The notes beneath the pieces are model-generated. The model did not search any database. It was not told the DNA's origin and worked only from the letters and a program-made list of their open reading frames with translations. Positions 27,072 to 36,961 of a stretch of 64,000 nt of DNA are shown piece by piece (position 1 is the first letter of the stretch; every line of letters begins with the position of its first letter). Source of the DNA: an uncultured Desulfobacterales bacterium (GTDB lineage Bacteria; Desulfobacterota; Desulfobacteria; Desulfobacterales; SpSt-501); contig CALIUY010000009.1 in the NCBI GenBank assembly GCA_938048455.1, positions 582-64,581 of the forward strand. Direction: 5' to 3'. The translations under genes and the position numbers were made by a program.

Positions 27072-27749
27072 TCACTTGTGGCAGACGAAACAGCCGTCTT
27101 TCTGCGTCTGCACGCTGCCGCCCGGAACCCGGGCCTGGGCGTGGCATTCGGCGCAATCGTCCATCTTCATGCGGTCCCAGGTATTGCGCTTGATGCCGGC
27201 GATGTTCCACCCCCAGATGTCCCGGCTGTAACCGGTGATGCGGTTTACCTGGTAGGGCTTCAGGCTCGTCGACTCCCCGATCGGACCGTGGCAGACCGCG
27301 CAGTCGATGCCGCCCATGCGCACGTGCGCCGCATGGGAAAAGAAGACGCAGTCGGGCTGACGCGCGTAGACGAGCCAGGGAACCTCACGGCCGGGTTTCA
27401 CGTATTCCTCGACGAAGCGGATCTCCTCCGGGTCGTCGCTGTTCGCCTCGCGATGGCACTCGATGCACTGGGCGAGCTTGGGAGCGCCGGAGAAGCTGCC
27501 GTCTTCGCGGAAGAAATGACAGCTCGCGCAGCCGTGGTCGACGATCTCGTTGTGCAGCGCGTGGTTGAAATCGACCGGCTGGCGCTTTTCGGAGTAAAGC
27601 AACGCCGGGAAGGCGATCCAGCCGACGAGCAGGCTGGCCGCCAGCCCCAGAATGAAAAAAAGGATGATCGCCGCCCCGGCGCCATCCCCTTTTTCGTCTG
27701 TTTCCGACTCCGACCGCGATGATGGTGCAGAGGATTTCGGCTCTTCCAT
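27072..27749 (-). CDS. qrcA: Membrane-anchored multiheme cytochrome c (five CxxCH motifs, QrcA-like)
   Basis: Heme motifs CASCH, CIECH, CAVCH, CAECH and CFVCH. The TM anchor AAIILFFILGLAASLLVGWIAF follows MEEPKSS. The internal ATG at 27749 is preferred over the ORF-track start at 27890. Confidence 0.7.
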   Translation of the reverse strand: MEEPKSSAPSSRSESETDEKGDGAGAAIILFFILGLAASLLVGWIAFPALLYSEKRQPVDFNHALHNEIVDHGCASCHFFREDGSFSGAPKLAQCIECHREANSDDPEEIRFVEEYVKPGREVPWLVYARQPDCVFFSHAAHVRMGGIDCAVCHGPIGESTSLKPYQVNRITGYSRDIWGWNIAGIKRNTWDRMKMDDCAECHAQARVPGGSVQTQKDGCFVCHK

Positions 27750-27908
27750 GGACACCCCGTCGCGCTGTGGTTGGTGAAGAATCTGCGGCGTGATGCACCC
27801 GCCGCCCGGATGTGTCGTCAGCCTGCCGGTCGGCGGCGGCGGATGCGAAATCGAGACGGTTCTGTACCCCAACCGTTTCCCGCTTGTCAAGCATCAAGCC
27901 GGGCCGCT

Positions 27909-28739
27909 TCAGCCGTAGCTGTGCAGACCCGGAAGCAGATTCACGCCGAAGTAGGTGAAGAGCACGGCACCGAAGCCGACAAGCGAAAGAACGGCGATCC
28001 GCCGGCCCCGCCAGCCGCTCACCAGGCGCGCATGCAGCAAACTCGCGTAGACGAACCAGGTGATGAGCGACCAGGTCTCCTTCGGGTCCCAGCCCCAGTA
28101 GCGGCCCCAGGCGGTGTTCGCCCAGACGGCTCCGGTGATGATGCCTGCAGTGAGAAAGAGAAACCCGAAGACGACGAGGCGGTGGGTCCACTCGTCGAGC
28201 AGCAGGGGTTCGGGAAGCCGCGCCGCCAGGCGCCCGGGGGCTTCGCGGCGGGTACGCAGCAGATACATCAGGCTCACGCCGAAGGCCACCGCGAAGGCCG
28301 CGTAGCCGACGAAACAGGTGATCACGTGGGCGATCAGCCAATTGCTTTTGAGCGCGGGAATCAAGGGCTGGATGCGATCGGAAATGTTGGGGGAGAGCGA
28401 AGCGTAGGCGAGGGCGAGAAAGGCCAGCGGCGCGGAGAAAGCCCCGATTGCGCGGCTGCCCGAGCGCCTCTCGACCACCAGATGCACCAGGATGATCATG
28501 CCGGCGAAAAAGACGAGCGATTCGTAGAGGTTGGAGAGCGGTGCATGGCCCATGCCCAGCCGGTAAGACTCCGCCCAGCGCAGAAAGAAGCCCGCCGTGT
28601 TCGCCGCCAGCCCGACGGCCGCCGCCCCGGCGGCCGGAGCTTCGAGGCTGCGGCGGTGGAAAACCCAGGCCGCCAGGTAGAGAAAGGCGGCGACGCCGTA
28701 AATCCAGGTGGTGGCCGAAAGAAGGATCGAGCTGGTCAT
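27909..28739 (-). CDS. ccsA: Cytochrome c biogenesis protein CcsA (system II heme handling)
   Basis: WGRYWGWDPKETW (WWD-type tryptophan-rich motif) in a polytopic protein. Confidence 0.9.
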   Translation of the reverse strand: MTSSILLSATTWIYGVAAFLYLAAWVFHRRSLEAPAAGAAAVGLAANTAGFFLRWAESYRLGMGHAPLSNLYESLVFFAGMIILVHLVVERRSGSRAIGAFSAPLAFLALAYASLSPNISDRIQPLIPALKSNWLIAHVITCFVGYAAFAVAFGVSLMYLLRTRREAPGRLAARLPEPLLLDEWTHRLVVFGFLFLTAGIITGAVWANTAWGRYWGWDPKETWSLITWFVYASLLHARLVSGWRGRRIAVLSLVGFGAVLFTYFGVNLLPGLHSYG

Positions 28740-28750
28740 GAACCCCTTCC

Positions 28751-30118
28751 TTAGGAAAGGCGGCGAAGCTCCTGGGCCAGACGCTCGAGGGCCGCGGGCA
28801 GCGCCATACGGTTCTTGTTGGCGGTCATCGCGAGCGAAACCCGGCTTCCGCCCCCCTCGGGATCGAGCCGGAGGCCGACCTGGCGGTGGCTGCGGAAAAA
28901 GGTGACATAGCAGCCGACCAGCATCAGGACGAAGCCGGCGTAGACCATCGGAACGCCGGGGTCACGGTTGACCTGAAGCCCCGTGTAGTAGCGTTGCTTG
29001 ACTTCCTCGACGGCGATGACGACCTCGCCGCGGCGCATGCGATCGAAGGTGGGGAAGCGGACCGGCAGCAACACCTCGACCGGTTCTCCCTGCGGCGGCA
29101 CGAGCCGCCCGACGAAGGCGTCGCCCACCGGACTGCCGCGAAAGCTCGCATTGGGTCGCAGATCGAGGAGCACGAAGGTCCCCAAATCCTCGGGAAGCGC
29201 GAATTCGTCTCCCGGCTTCATCTGCCGCGTGTAGACCATGCCCGTCTCGCGGCTGGTGAAGCTCAGCTGCACCTCCCGGCCGGGGAGCGTTCCGTAGCTC
29301 GACTGGTAGATCGTGATCCCTCTGTGCTCGAGGGGGTCGTTCACAAGGATGTCCCGACGCAGAACCTCACGGCCCTCCTCGAGGATCACGAGGCGGGAGC
29401 GGAATTCGCTCGGCGCGCCTGTGGGGTAGAAACTTACCTGGAAGCTCTCGCAGCGGATCGCAAACGGCAGCCGAAGCCGCTCGCCGGTGTTGCGCAGCTG
29501 GATCGTCTGAACCGTTTCGCCTTCCGGGATGTTCACGAAGCCGTCGAAGCCGAAACGCGAGCCGATCAGGCCGCCGACCAAAAGAAGAAGCACGCTGCCG
29601 TGCACCGCATAGACCCCCCAGCGCGACCAGCGCCCGGATTCGGCGTAGAGAAACCGTCCGCCCGTTTCCGTCCCGCGCACCAGCACCGGGCCGACGCGGC
29701 GACGGAGCAGAGGTTCACAGCGGGCGGCGAGGGCGGCGGGCTCCTGGGGCATCGCAAAGGTCGAACTCGTCTCGACCCCCGCGAAACGCCGGGGATCGGG
29801 GAGGGGTCGCTTTCCGGCGAGCAACGTCCATTGCCGGGAGATCCGCTCGGCCGAGCAGACGATCAGGTTGACGGCGAGCAAAAGGACCAGGATCTGAAAC
29901 CACCACGAATGGTACATGTCGAAGAGGTCGAGAGCCCGGAAAAAACGGTAACCCGTCTCGCCGAAAATCGCGCGGTAGGTCGCCGGCGCCTCGTTCTGGG
30001 GAATCAGGGTGCCGAGAATCGAGGTCGTGGCCAGCAGAAGCAAAAGGGCGATCGTGAGGCGAAGCGAGGCCAGCCCGTCCCAGAGGGCCGACCCAAGCGA
30101 GGAGCGGGAGACGGTCAT
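28751..30118 (-). CDS. resB: Cytochrome c biogenesis protein ResB/CcsB
   Basis: N-terminus LASLRLTIALLLLLATTSILGTLIPQ, a large soluble loop and a C-terminal TM segment. Adjacent to ccsA. Confidence 0.85.
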   Translation of the reverse strand: MTVSRSSLGSALWDGLASLRLTIALLLLLATTSILGTLIPQNEAPATYRAIFGETGYRFFRALDLFDMYHSWWFQILVLLLAVNLIVCSAERISRQWTLLAGKRPLPDPRRFAGVETSSTFAMPQEPAALAARCEPLLRRRVGPVLVRGTETGGRFLYAESGRWSRWGVYAVHGSVLLLLVGGLIGSRFGFDGFVNIPEGETVQTIQLRNTGERLRLPFAIRCESFQVSFYPTGAPSEFRSRLVILEEGREVLRRDILVNDPLEHRGITIYQSSYGTLPGREVQLSFTSRETGMVYTRQMKPGDEFALPEDLGTFVLLDLRPNASFRGSPVGDAFVGRLVPPQGEPVEVLLPVRFPTFDRMRRGEVVIAVEEVKQRYYTGLQVNRDPGVPMVYAGFVLMLVGCYVTFFRSHRQVGLRLDPEGGGSRVSLAMTANKNRMALPAALERLAQELRRLS

Positions 30119-30438
30119 GCGCGCGCGGCTCCGCCCGCGACGAGGGGAGGGGGGAAGCCCCGCGAAAGAGACGGTGGTGGATGAGGAAAACGCATGCGGA
30201 AAAGCAACGAGACCTCGCCGGGACGTTTCCTGCCCTGATAGAGCATCCCGGCGGCGATGTCAATGCGGGGCGGCTCTCCTCGCCGGGCGGTTTCGGCCTC
30301 CGCCGGGGGCGTGCGCCGGCCTGTGCGGCTGGCGCCCCCGAGGCGAAAAAGCGGCTGACCGGCCGCTTCCTTTGTGATAGGGAGGGGATCTGACGGCGGG
30401 CTTCCCCCGCCCGATCGTTTTCCCGAAGGAATGCCTTC

Positions 30439-32427
30439 ATGAACGCCCCCCCCTCCCCCCGCGCCGCGACCGCCGCCGCGGCGCTCGATTCCCTGAACGA
30501 AGCGCAGCGGGCGGCCGTCGAGCACGACGAGGGGCCGCTTCTCGTCATCGCCGGCGCCGGAAGCGGCAAGACCCGCACGCTCACCCACCGCGTCGCCCGC
30601 CTGGTGGCCGCGGGGATCCCCCCGGCGGCGATCCTGCTGCTCACCTTCACGCGCAAGGCGGCGCAGGAGATGATTCAACGCGCCATCCGCCTGCTCGACC
30701 GCCGCTGCGAGCGGGTCTCGGGGGGGACCTTTCACTCCTTCGCCCACCTCATGCTGCGGCAGCACGGCGGGGCGATCGGCCTGCCCCCGGACTTCGCCAT
30801 CCTCGACCGCAGCGACGCCGAGGATCTGATCGGCCTCATCCGCAAGGAGGCCGAAAAACGCCCGGCGCACGGCCGGCTGCTTCCCCGCAAGCAGACCCTC
30901 GCCGACCTCTTCAGCCGCGCCGTGAACAAGGGCCGGCCGCTCGAGGAGACCGTGCTCGAGGAGCACGCGCATTTCGCCGACCGGATGGACGCCCTGAAGG
31001 CCATCTTCGCCGAGTACGCGCGACGCAAGCGCGAGCACCACTTCGTCGACTACGACGACCTCCTCGTCCTTTTCCGCCGCCTGCTCGCCGAGGTCCCCGA
31101 GGTGCGCCGCCGCATCTCCGGCGCCTACCGTCACATCCTCGTCGACGAATACCAGGACACCAACCGCATCCAGGCGGACATTTTGGATCTGCTGGCCGAC
31201 GCCCACCGCAACCTCATGGTGGTGGGCGACGACTCCCAGAGCGTTTACGCCTTCCGGGGGGCGGACTTCCGCAACATCCTCGAGTTCCCTCGGCGCTTCC
31301 CGGGCACGCGGGTCATCCGGTTGGAGGAAAACTACCGCTCGACCCAGCCGATCCTCGATCTCACCAACCTGGTCATCGCCCGGGCACGCGAAAAGTACGC
31401 CAAGCGCCTCTTCACCCGCCGGGCCGGCGGCGCCCCGCCGCTGCTCGTCGAAGCCGAGGACGAAAACGCCCAGTCGCGCTGGGTCGTCGACCGCATTCGG
31501 GAGCTTCTGGCGGCGGGGACCGCCCCGGGCGAGATCGCCGTCCTCTTCCGCGCGGGCTACCACTCCTTCGATCTGGAAATCGAGCTCGCCAGGGCCCAGA
31601 TCCCCTTCGTCAAGGTGGGGGGCTTCAAGTTCAGCGAGTCCGCGCACATCAAGGACGCGCTCGCCCACCTGCGGGTGCTCGCCAATCCCTACGACCGGCT
31701 GAGCTGGCACCGCGTCCTGACCCTGCTCGAGCGCATCGGCCCGAAACACGCCGAGAGCATCTATCGCGGCATCGTGAACGCCCGCAGCGGCGTCGCCGGG
31801 CTGCTGGCGCTGCCGTCCCGCAACGACGAGATCGAAAAGCTCAAGGCGCTCTTCCGCGCGCTCGACCCGCAGGCGATGTCGGTCGCGGACCTCGGCCAGG
31901 AAGTCATCCGGTACTATCTGCCGATCCTGCGCCGCAGCTTCGACGACCACCCGCGACGCGCGAAGGACCTCGAGCAGCTGCTCGGCATCATGGAACGCTA
32001 CCGCCGCCTGGAGAGCTTTCTCGCCGACATGGCCCTCGAGCCGCCCACCCTCGGCGTGGAGGAGCGGCTCGTGGCCGAGCTCGAGGCCAAGGACCGTCTG
32101 GTCCTCTCGACGGTCCATTCCGCCAAAGGACTCGAGTGGCACAGCGTCTTCGTCATCTGGGCGCTCGACGGCCGGTTTCCCTCGCTTCGCGCCCTGGCCG
32201 ACGAGGAAGAGATGGAGGAGGAGCTGCGGCTGATGTACGTGGCCATGACCCGCGCGCGCGAGGGGCTCTATCTCTGCTACCCGTGCGAGGTGTTCGACCG
32301 CACCCTGGGCCTGGTGCTGAACCGCCCCTCCCGCTTCATCGACCGCATCCCGCGCTCCCTGCTGCCCAAATGCCGCGTGGACGGGCAGGGAAGGCTCCGC
32401 GTGGTGAAGGAAGAGGAATCGGGTTGA
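30439..32427 (+). CDS. UvrD/Rep/PcrA-family ATP-dependent DNA helicase
   Basis: Motifs AGAGSGKTRTL, LVDEYQDTN, VVGDDSQSVYAFRGA and TVHSAKGLEW. Confidence 0.9.
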   Translation: MNAPPSPRAATAAAALDSLNEAQRAAVEHDEGPLLVIAGAGSGKTRTLTHRVARLVAAGIPPAAILLLTFTRKAAQEMIQRAIRLLDRRCERVSGGTFHSFAHLMLRQHGGAIGLPPDFAILDRSDAEDLIGLIRKEAEKRPAHGRLLPRKQTLADLFSRAVNKGRPLEETVLEEHAHFADRMDALKAIFAEYARRKREHHFVDYDDLLVLFRRLLAEVPEVRRRISGAYRHILVDEYQDTNRIQADILDLLADAHRNLMVVGDDSQSVYAFRGADFRNILEFPRRFPGTRVIRLEENYRSTQPILDLTNLVIARAREKYAKRLFTRRAGGAPPLLVEAEDENAQSRWVVDRIRELLAAGTAPGEIAVLFRAGYHSFDLEIELARAQIPFVKVGGFKFSESAHIKDALAHLRVLANPYDRLSWHRVLTLLERIGPKHAESIYRGIVNARSGVAGLLALPSRNDEIEKLKALFRALDPQAMSVADLGQEVIRYYLPILRRSFDDHPRRAKDLEQLLGIMERYRRLESFLADMALEPPTLGVEERLVAELEAKDRLVLSTVHSAKGLEWHSVFVIWALDGRFPSLRALADEEEMEEELRLMYVAMTRAREGLYLCYPCEVFDRTLGLVLNRPSRFIDRIPRSLLPKCRVDGQGRLRVVKEEESG

Positions 32428-32461
32428 TCTTCGGGGACGCTTGCGGAGGTCGGAGCGCTTC

Positions 32462-32713
32462 TCAGTCGCTGAAAAATCCCCACCAGACGAAGGCGGCGAA
32501 GGCCGCCGCGGCCGCGGCCGCGGCGAGGTAGGCCTTCCAGTTGAAGGGCTTGCGGGCCAAGCCCGTGGCCGTGACCGGACCGACGGGCCGGCCGCAGGCG
32601 TGGCAGACTTCCGCCGCGAGAGGAAGATAGGTGAAGCACTCCGGACATTTCTTGGTCAGGTGGGGCGAGGGCCCGCCCCGGGCCGACGGCTTGGAGCCGG
32701 AGGTCTTGGGCAT
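32462..32713 (-). CDS. Small zinc-ribbon plus C-terminal TM protein (83 aa)
   Basis: CPEC...CHAC followed by AAAAAAAAFAAFVWWGFF. It starts 9 nt downstream of ppiD on the same strand. Confidence 0.45.
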   Translation of the reverse strand: MPKTSGSKPSARGGPSPHLTKKCPECFTYLPLAAEVCHACGRPVGPVTATGLARKPFNWKAYLAAAAAAAAFAAFVWWGFFSD

Positions 32714-32722
32714 CGGGCCTCC

Positions 32723-34615
32723 TCAGGCGAGCTCTTTGCGCCGCTCGATCCTGCCGTTGCGGCGCAGGTCGCTCATCCAGGCTTCCCAGAGCTGCATCCG
32801 CTTCTGCTGCAGCAGCTGCTCCCGGATCCGGTCGCGCTCCCGTTCGAGCCCGGCCGCCTCGGGGTCCCGGCGTCCGGCGAAGCGGATGACGCAGAAACCT
32901 TTTTCCGTCGCGAGCGGCTCCTCGGGAAAGGGCCGGCGCTCGGAGAGCTCGAAGGCGGCCTGGTTTACGGCCGGCTCGAGGCCCAGCCCCTCGATCGCCT
33001 CGCTGCGCTGAAAGAAGCCCGAGGGACGGAAGGAAACCCCGTATTTCTTGGCCGCGGCCTCGGGCGCCGCACCGCCCCGCAGATCGGCGAGCAGGGCACG
33101 CGCCTGCTCGAGCGCCCGCGCGGTCTTCTTGCGTCGCAGCACGTCCGCGCGCACCCGCTCCTCGACTTCGGCGAGCTCGGGGATGCGGGAGGGTCGCCCC
33201 TCCTCGTGCTGCAGCAGAAAGTAGCCGTCCGACAGATCCAGGATGTCGCTCACCTCGCCGGGGGCGAGTGCGAAGGCCGCCTCGACGAACGGGGCCGGCT
33301 GCGCCAGGGCCGGCGGCGGCTGTTCGCGCGAAAAGAACCCGGTCGTCTGGACCTCGAGCTCCCGGCCGGCGACGGCCTGGGCGAGATCGCCCGCGGCGAG
33401 AACGGCGTCATAGACCGCTTCGGCCAAATCCGAAGCCGCGTTTCGCGCCCGCTCGCGGGAAAGCCGCTCGGCGATCTCCTCCTTCACCTCGAGGAAAGTC
33501 CGCGTGCGCTGCTCGTTCACCCGCTCGACCCGGATCAGGTGCCAGCCGAAGGGTGTGCGCACGGGCTCGCTCACCGTCCCCGGGGCGAGCGCGAAGGCCG
33601 CCTCGGCGAAGGCCGGGACGACATCCTCGCGGCGAAGGGGGGGAAGCCGCCCGCCTTGCTCCCGGCTTCCCGGATCCTCGGAGACTTCCCGGGCGAGCGC
33701 GGCGAAATCGGCCCCCTCGAGGATCCGCTGGCGGAGCTCTGCGATGCGCGCGCGGGCGGCTTCGACGGCCTCGGGGGAGGCGTTTTCCTCCAGACGCAGC
33801 AGGATGTGGCTCGCCTCGACGGTGCGCGGCACGACGAAGCGTTCCCGCTGTTCCTCGTAGTAGGCCTCCAGCTCGCGCTCGCCGGGGGTGTGCCGCCCGC
33901 GGAGGGCCTCCGGGTCGATGCGCACGAAGCGGACCCGCACCTCGGCCGGCCGGCGGTAGGCTTCCCGATTCTCCTCGAAGTGCCGGGCGATCTCCTCGGC
34001 CGTCGCCTGCACCTCGCCGAAGCGCTCGCTTTCGATCACCGCCCAGTCGACCTGGACGGCAAGGCGGTTCCAGGCGTACCACTCCTCGAGCTCACGATCG
34101 GAAACCTTGGCCCCGCCGGTCACGAGACGGGCGAGCTTCTGGACCCTCAATGACTCGCGCTGCAGCGACTCAAAGACCTCTGGCGTCAGGCGGTTGAGCG
34201 AGAGCAGCTGGCGGTAGCGCGCCGCGTCGAAGCGCCCGTTCGCCTGGAAGGCGGCGATGCGGTGCACCGAGCGCGAGAGCTCCTCGTCGCTCACCTCGAG
34301 GCCGAAGCGCTCGGCCGCCTGCCGCAGCAGCACCTGATCGATCAATTCGTCGAGCGCGCGGTTGGGCAGATCCATCGCCCGCAACAGCTCCTCGCTCAAG
34401 CCGGCGCCGAAGCTCTGCCGCAGCTGATCGAGCATCCGGTTGTACTGGCGGCGGTAGGCCTCGATCGAGATCGCCTCGCCGTTCACCGTGGCGACGATCC
34501 CTTCCTCGTGCTGGGTCCAACTGCCCACTCCCCAGAAGATGAAAACGACCACGATGGCAAAGAGCAGGGCTTTGATCATCCAGGTGCCGGCGTGCCGGCG
34601 CATGAAATCGAGCAT
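32723..34615 (-). CDS. ppiD: Periplasmic chaperone / peptidyl-prolyl isomerase PpiD (SurA/parvulin-like)
   Basis: N-terminal TM MIKALLFAIVVVFIFWG, a SurA_N-like region and the parvulin signature PFGWHLIRVE. Confidence 0.85.
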   Translation of the reverse strand: MLDFMRRHAGTWMIKALLFAIVVVFIFWGVGSWTQHEEGIVATVNGEAISIEAYRRQYNRMLDQLRQSFGAGLSEELLRAMDLPNRALDELIDQVLLRQAAERFGLEVSDEELSRSVHRIAAFQANGRFDAARYRQLLSLNRLTPEVFESLQRESLRVQKLARLVTGGAKVSDRELEEWYAWNRLAVQVDWAVIESERFGEVQATAEEIARHFEENREAYRRPAEVRVRFVRIDPEALRGRHTPGERELEAYYEEQRERFVVPRTVEASHILLRLEENASPEAVEAARARIAELRQRILEGADFAALAREVSEDPGSREQGGRLPPLRREDVVPAFAEAAFALAPGTVSEPVRTPFGWHLIRVERVNEQRTRTFLEVKEEIAERLSRERARNAASDLAEAVYDAVLAAGDLAQAVAGRELEVQTTGFFSREQPPPALAQPAPFVEAAFALAPGEVSDILDLSDGYFLLQHEEGRPSRIPELAEVEERVRADVLRRKKTARALEQARALLADLRGGAAPEAAAKKYGVSFRPSGFFQRSEAIEGLGLEPAVNQAAFELSERRPFPEEPLATEKGFCVIRFAGRRDPEAAGLERERDRIREQLLQQKRMQLWEAWMSDLRRNGRIERRKELA

Positions 34616-34696
34616 TCCTCCGGTCTCCGATCGCCGATAGGCATGGGGGCGTTCGGGCGGCGGCGAGACCCGCAGGCGGGTTTCTTCCCGGGGGGA

Positions 34697-34924
34697 TCAG
34701 ACGATCAGTCGCAGGGGGGGGCCGCCGCGACTCACCTTCGTCCCCACGGAAGCCGAACAGAACGCGCAGAGGTATTCGTACTTGTCCCCCTCGGGCAGCA
34801 CGAGAAGCAGCCGTTTGCGGACGGGCACCGCCCGCCGGCAGCGGGGGCAGAAGAGTTCGGTCGCATCAAAGTCGCGGTATGCCCCCGGGGCTCCCCCGAG
34901 GGACCTCCGTGCCGCACGGTTCAT
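34697..34924 (-). CDS. Small CxxC...CxxC hypothetical protein (75 aa)
   Basis: CPRC and CAFC pairs. It lies directly upstream of ppiD on the same strand. I recognise no family. Confidence 0.35.
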   Translation of the reverse strand: MNRAARRSLGGAPGAYRDFDATELFCPRCRRAVPVRKRLLLVLPEGDKYEYLCAFCSASVGTKVSRGGPPLRLIV

Positions 34925-35060
34925 CGATCCACCCGCAAGACGAAACGGTTCCCCGTCGAAAATAGAAAATAGCCGAAGGCGCCATCGCCGCCCTTTCGCT
35001 TCGCGTAAGCATCTTAAAAGCCCAGCCGGCCTTTGTCAATGCGCGAGGCCGCTTTTGGAG

Positions 35061-35090
35061 TTGACAGAGGATCGCCGCTTCGAGTAGAGA
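35061..35090 (+). promoter_or_regulatory. Candidate promoter of tRNA-Ala (TTGACA-18 nt-TAGAGA)
   Basis: A consensus -35 at 35061-35066 and a weak -10 at 35085-35090. The tRNA 5' end is at 35107. Confidence 0.35.
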
Positions 35091-35106
35091 GAAGCGATCA
35101 GCGCGT

Positions 35107-35182
<76 letters not shown>

Positions 35183-35394
35183 CCCCCTTCCTCCACCCGC
35201 CACTTCCCCGTCCCGCGGTCTTGCGCGGGGCAACGGCCCGCCGCGGGGCTGCCGCCCCGCTCCCGGCGACGGGACACCGCACCCGGAAGCTCTTGACATT
35301 CCGCACGCATGTCCCATAAGGGGTTCATGTTTCGGCGCCCTTCCGCGCCGTGAACCCTATTCTTTCCACCCTCTTCGTCAAGGAGGATCTTCGC

Positions 35395-36378
35395 ATGAAC
35401 AAGTGGCTCGTTTTCGGTTTCACCCTCTGTCTGGCGCTGTCCCTCGCCGCCCCGGCCGCGGCACAGTACAAGGCGACGATGAAGCTCGCCTCGACCCAGA
35501 GCATGGAACATCCCTACATGGTGGGCGCCAAGAAGTTCGCCGATCTGATCAAGGAGCGCACCAACGGCCGGATCGAAATCAAGCTCTATCCCAGCAACCA
35601 GCTCGGCAAGGGCGAGCGCGAGATGACCGAAGGCATCCAGCAGGGCGCGATCGATCTGCTCGTCACCTCCACCGGCCCGCTCGGCGGTTTCAGCCCTTCG
35701 ATCAACATCCTCGACTTTCCTTTCCTTTTCCGCGACAACGCCCATGTCGATCTTGTGCTCGACGGCCCGATCGGCCGCAAGCTCCTCGACGACTTCGAGA
35801 AGGCGAACATCAAGGCGCTCGCCTTCTGGGAAAACGGTTTCCGCCACCTGACCAACAACAAGGTCTCGGTGAAGAAGGTCGATGACGCCAAGGGCTTGAA
35901 AATCCGCACCATGGAAAACAAGGTGCACCTGGCGGCCTGGAAGGCGGCAGGCTTGAACCCCACCCCCATGGCCTGGGGCGAGGTTTACACCGCGCTGCAG
36001 CAGCGCGTGATCGACGGCCAGGAAAACCCGGTTGCCGTTTACTACGCCTCCAAGTTCTGGGACGTGCAGAAGCACTTCTCGCTCACCGCGCACGTCTACT
36101 CCCCCTCCCCCTTCCTGATGAGCAAGAAGACCTTCGATGCCATGCCCAAGGAAGACCAGGAGCTCTTCGTCAAGACGGCCTACGAGGTGGCCAAGTTCCA
36201 GCGCAAGATCAACCGCGACGCCGAGGAAGACAAACTCAAGGAGATCGCCGGCAAGGGCGTCACCGTGGTGCGCGACGTGGACCGGGAGAGCTTCAAGAAG
36301 GCCATGGCTCCGATCTACGATCAGTTCAGCGATCAGTTCGCCAAGTCGGACATCGAAGCGATCATGAACGCGAAATAA
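35395..36378 (+). CDS. dctP: TRAP transporter substrate-binding protein (DctP family)
   Basis: Signal peptide MNKWLVFGFTLCLALSLAAPAAA and DctP-like sequence throughout. AGGAGG lies 8 nt upstream of ATG 35395. Confidence 0.85.
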   Translation: MNKWLVFGFTLCLALSLAAPAAAQYKATMKLASTQSMEHPYMVGAKKFADLIKERTNGRIEIKLYPSNQLGKGEREMTEGIQQGAIDLLVTSTGPLGGFSPSINILDFPFLFRDNAHVDLVLDGPIGRKLLDDFEKANIKALAFWENGFRHLTNNKVSVKKVDDAKGLKIRTMENKVHLAAWKAAGLNPTPMAWGEVYTALQQRVIDGQENPVAVYYASKFWDVQKHFSLTAHVYSPSPFLMSKKTFDAMPKEDQELFVKTAYEVAKFQRKINRDAEEDKLKEIAGKGVTVVRDVDRESFKKAMAPIYDQFSDQFAKSDIEAIMNAK

Positions 36379-36469
36379 GCCGCTTTCGCGGCTGCGCGGC
36401 GGGCGCCCCCACCGCCCTCCGGCGCAAGGGGCGCCCGCTTTCCGTTTCCGGGACGAGGAAGAGGCTTCC

Positions 36470-36961
36470 ATGCGATTTCTGCAGGCGGTGAACCGGGCCT
36501 TGGTATCCTTCGGCAGCTGGGGCACGATCCTCTTCATGGCCGTGATCGGGGTCGTCATCCCCTACGAGGTCATCGGCCGCTACGTCTTTCAAAAAATGAC
36601 CATCTGGTCCGGGGAGGTCTCGACCTACTCGCTCGCCTGGGCCTCGATGCTGGGCGGCGCGGTCGGGTTGAAAAAGGGCTACCAGGTGCGCATGGACTCG
36701 ATCGTCGAGGCCGTGCCCGCGGGCCTCGCGCGGGGGTTCAAGTTTCTCGCCTATCTCGCGGCGCTTTTTTTCTTCGCCATGATGTTCGGCTTCGGGCTCT
36801 TCCAGACGATCTACAACTGGAAGCAGACCTCGCCGGCCATCGGTCTGGTGATGAGCATCCCTTACGCTTCGCTCCCCACCGGTTTTTTCATCATGTTCAT
36901 GCTCACCCTCGAGGAGTTCCTCGCCTTCCTCGGCGTGGGCGCGAAAGGACCCGCGGCATGA
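36470..36961 (+). CDS. dctQ: TRAP transporter small permease (DctQ family)
   Basis: Four-TM protein located between dctP and dctM. Confidence 0.8.
   Translation: MRFLQAVNRALVSFGSWGTILFMAVIGVVIPYEVIGRYVFQKMTIWSGEVSTYSLAWASMLGGAVGLKKGYQVRMDSIVEAVPAGLARGFKFLAYLAALFFFAMMFGFGLFQTIYNWKQTSPAIGLVMSIPYASLPTGFFIMFMLTLEEFLAFLGVGAKGPAA

Noticed and set aside
32490-32530. GCC/GCG-rich microsatellite-like stretch (gccgccgcggccgcggccgcggcg).
   Set aside because: It encodes the poly-Ala TM segment of the small zinc-ribbon protein on the minus strand. It is a compositional effect rather than a structured repeat.
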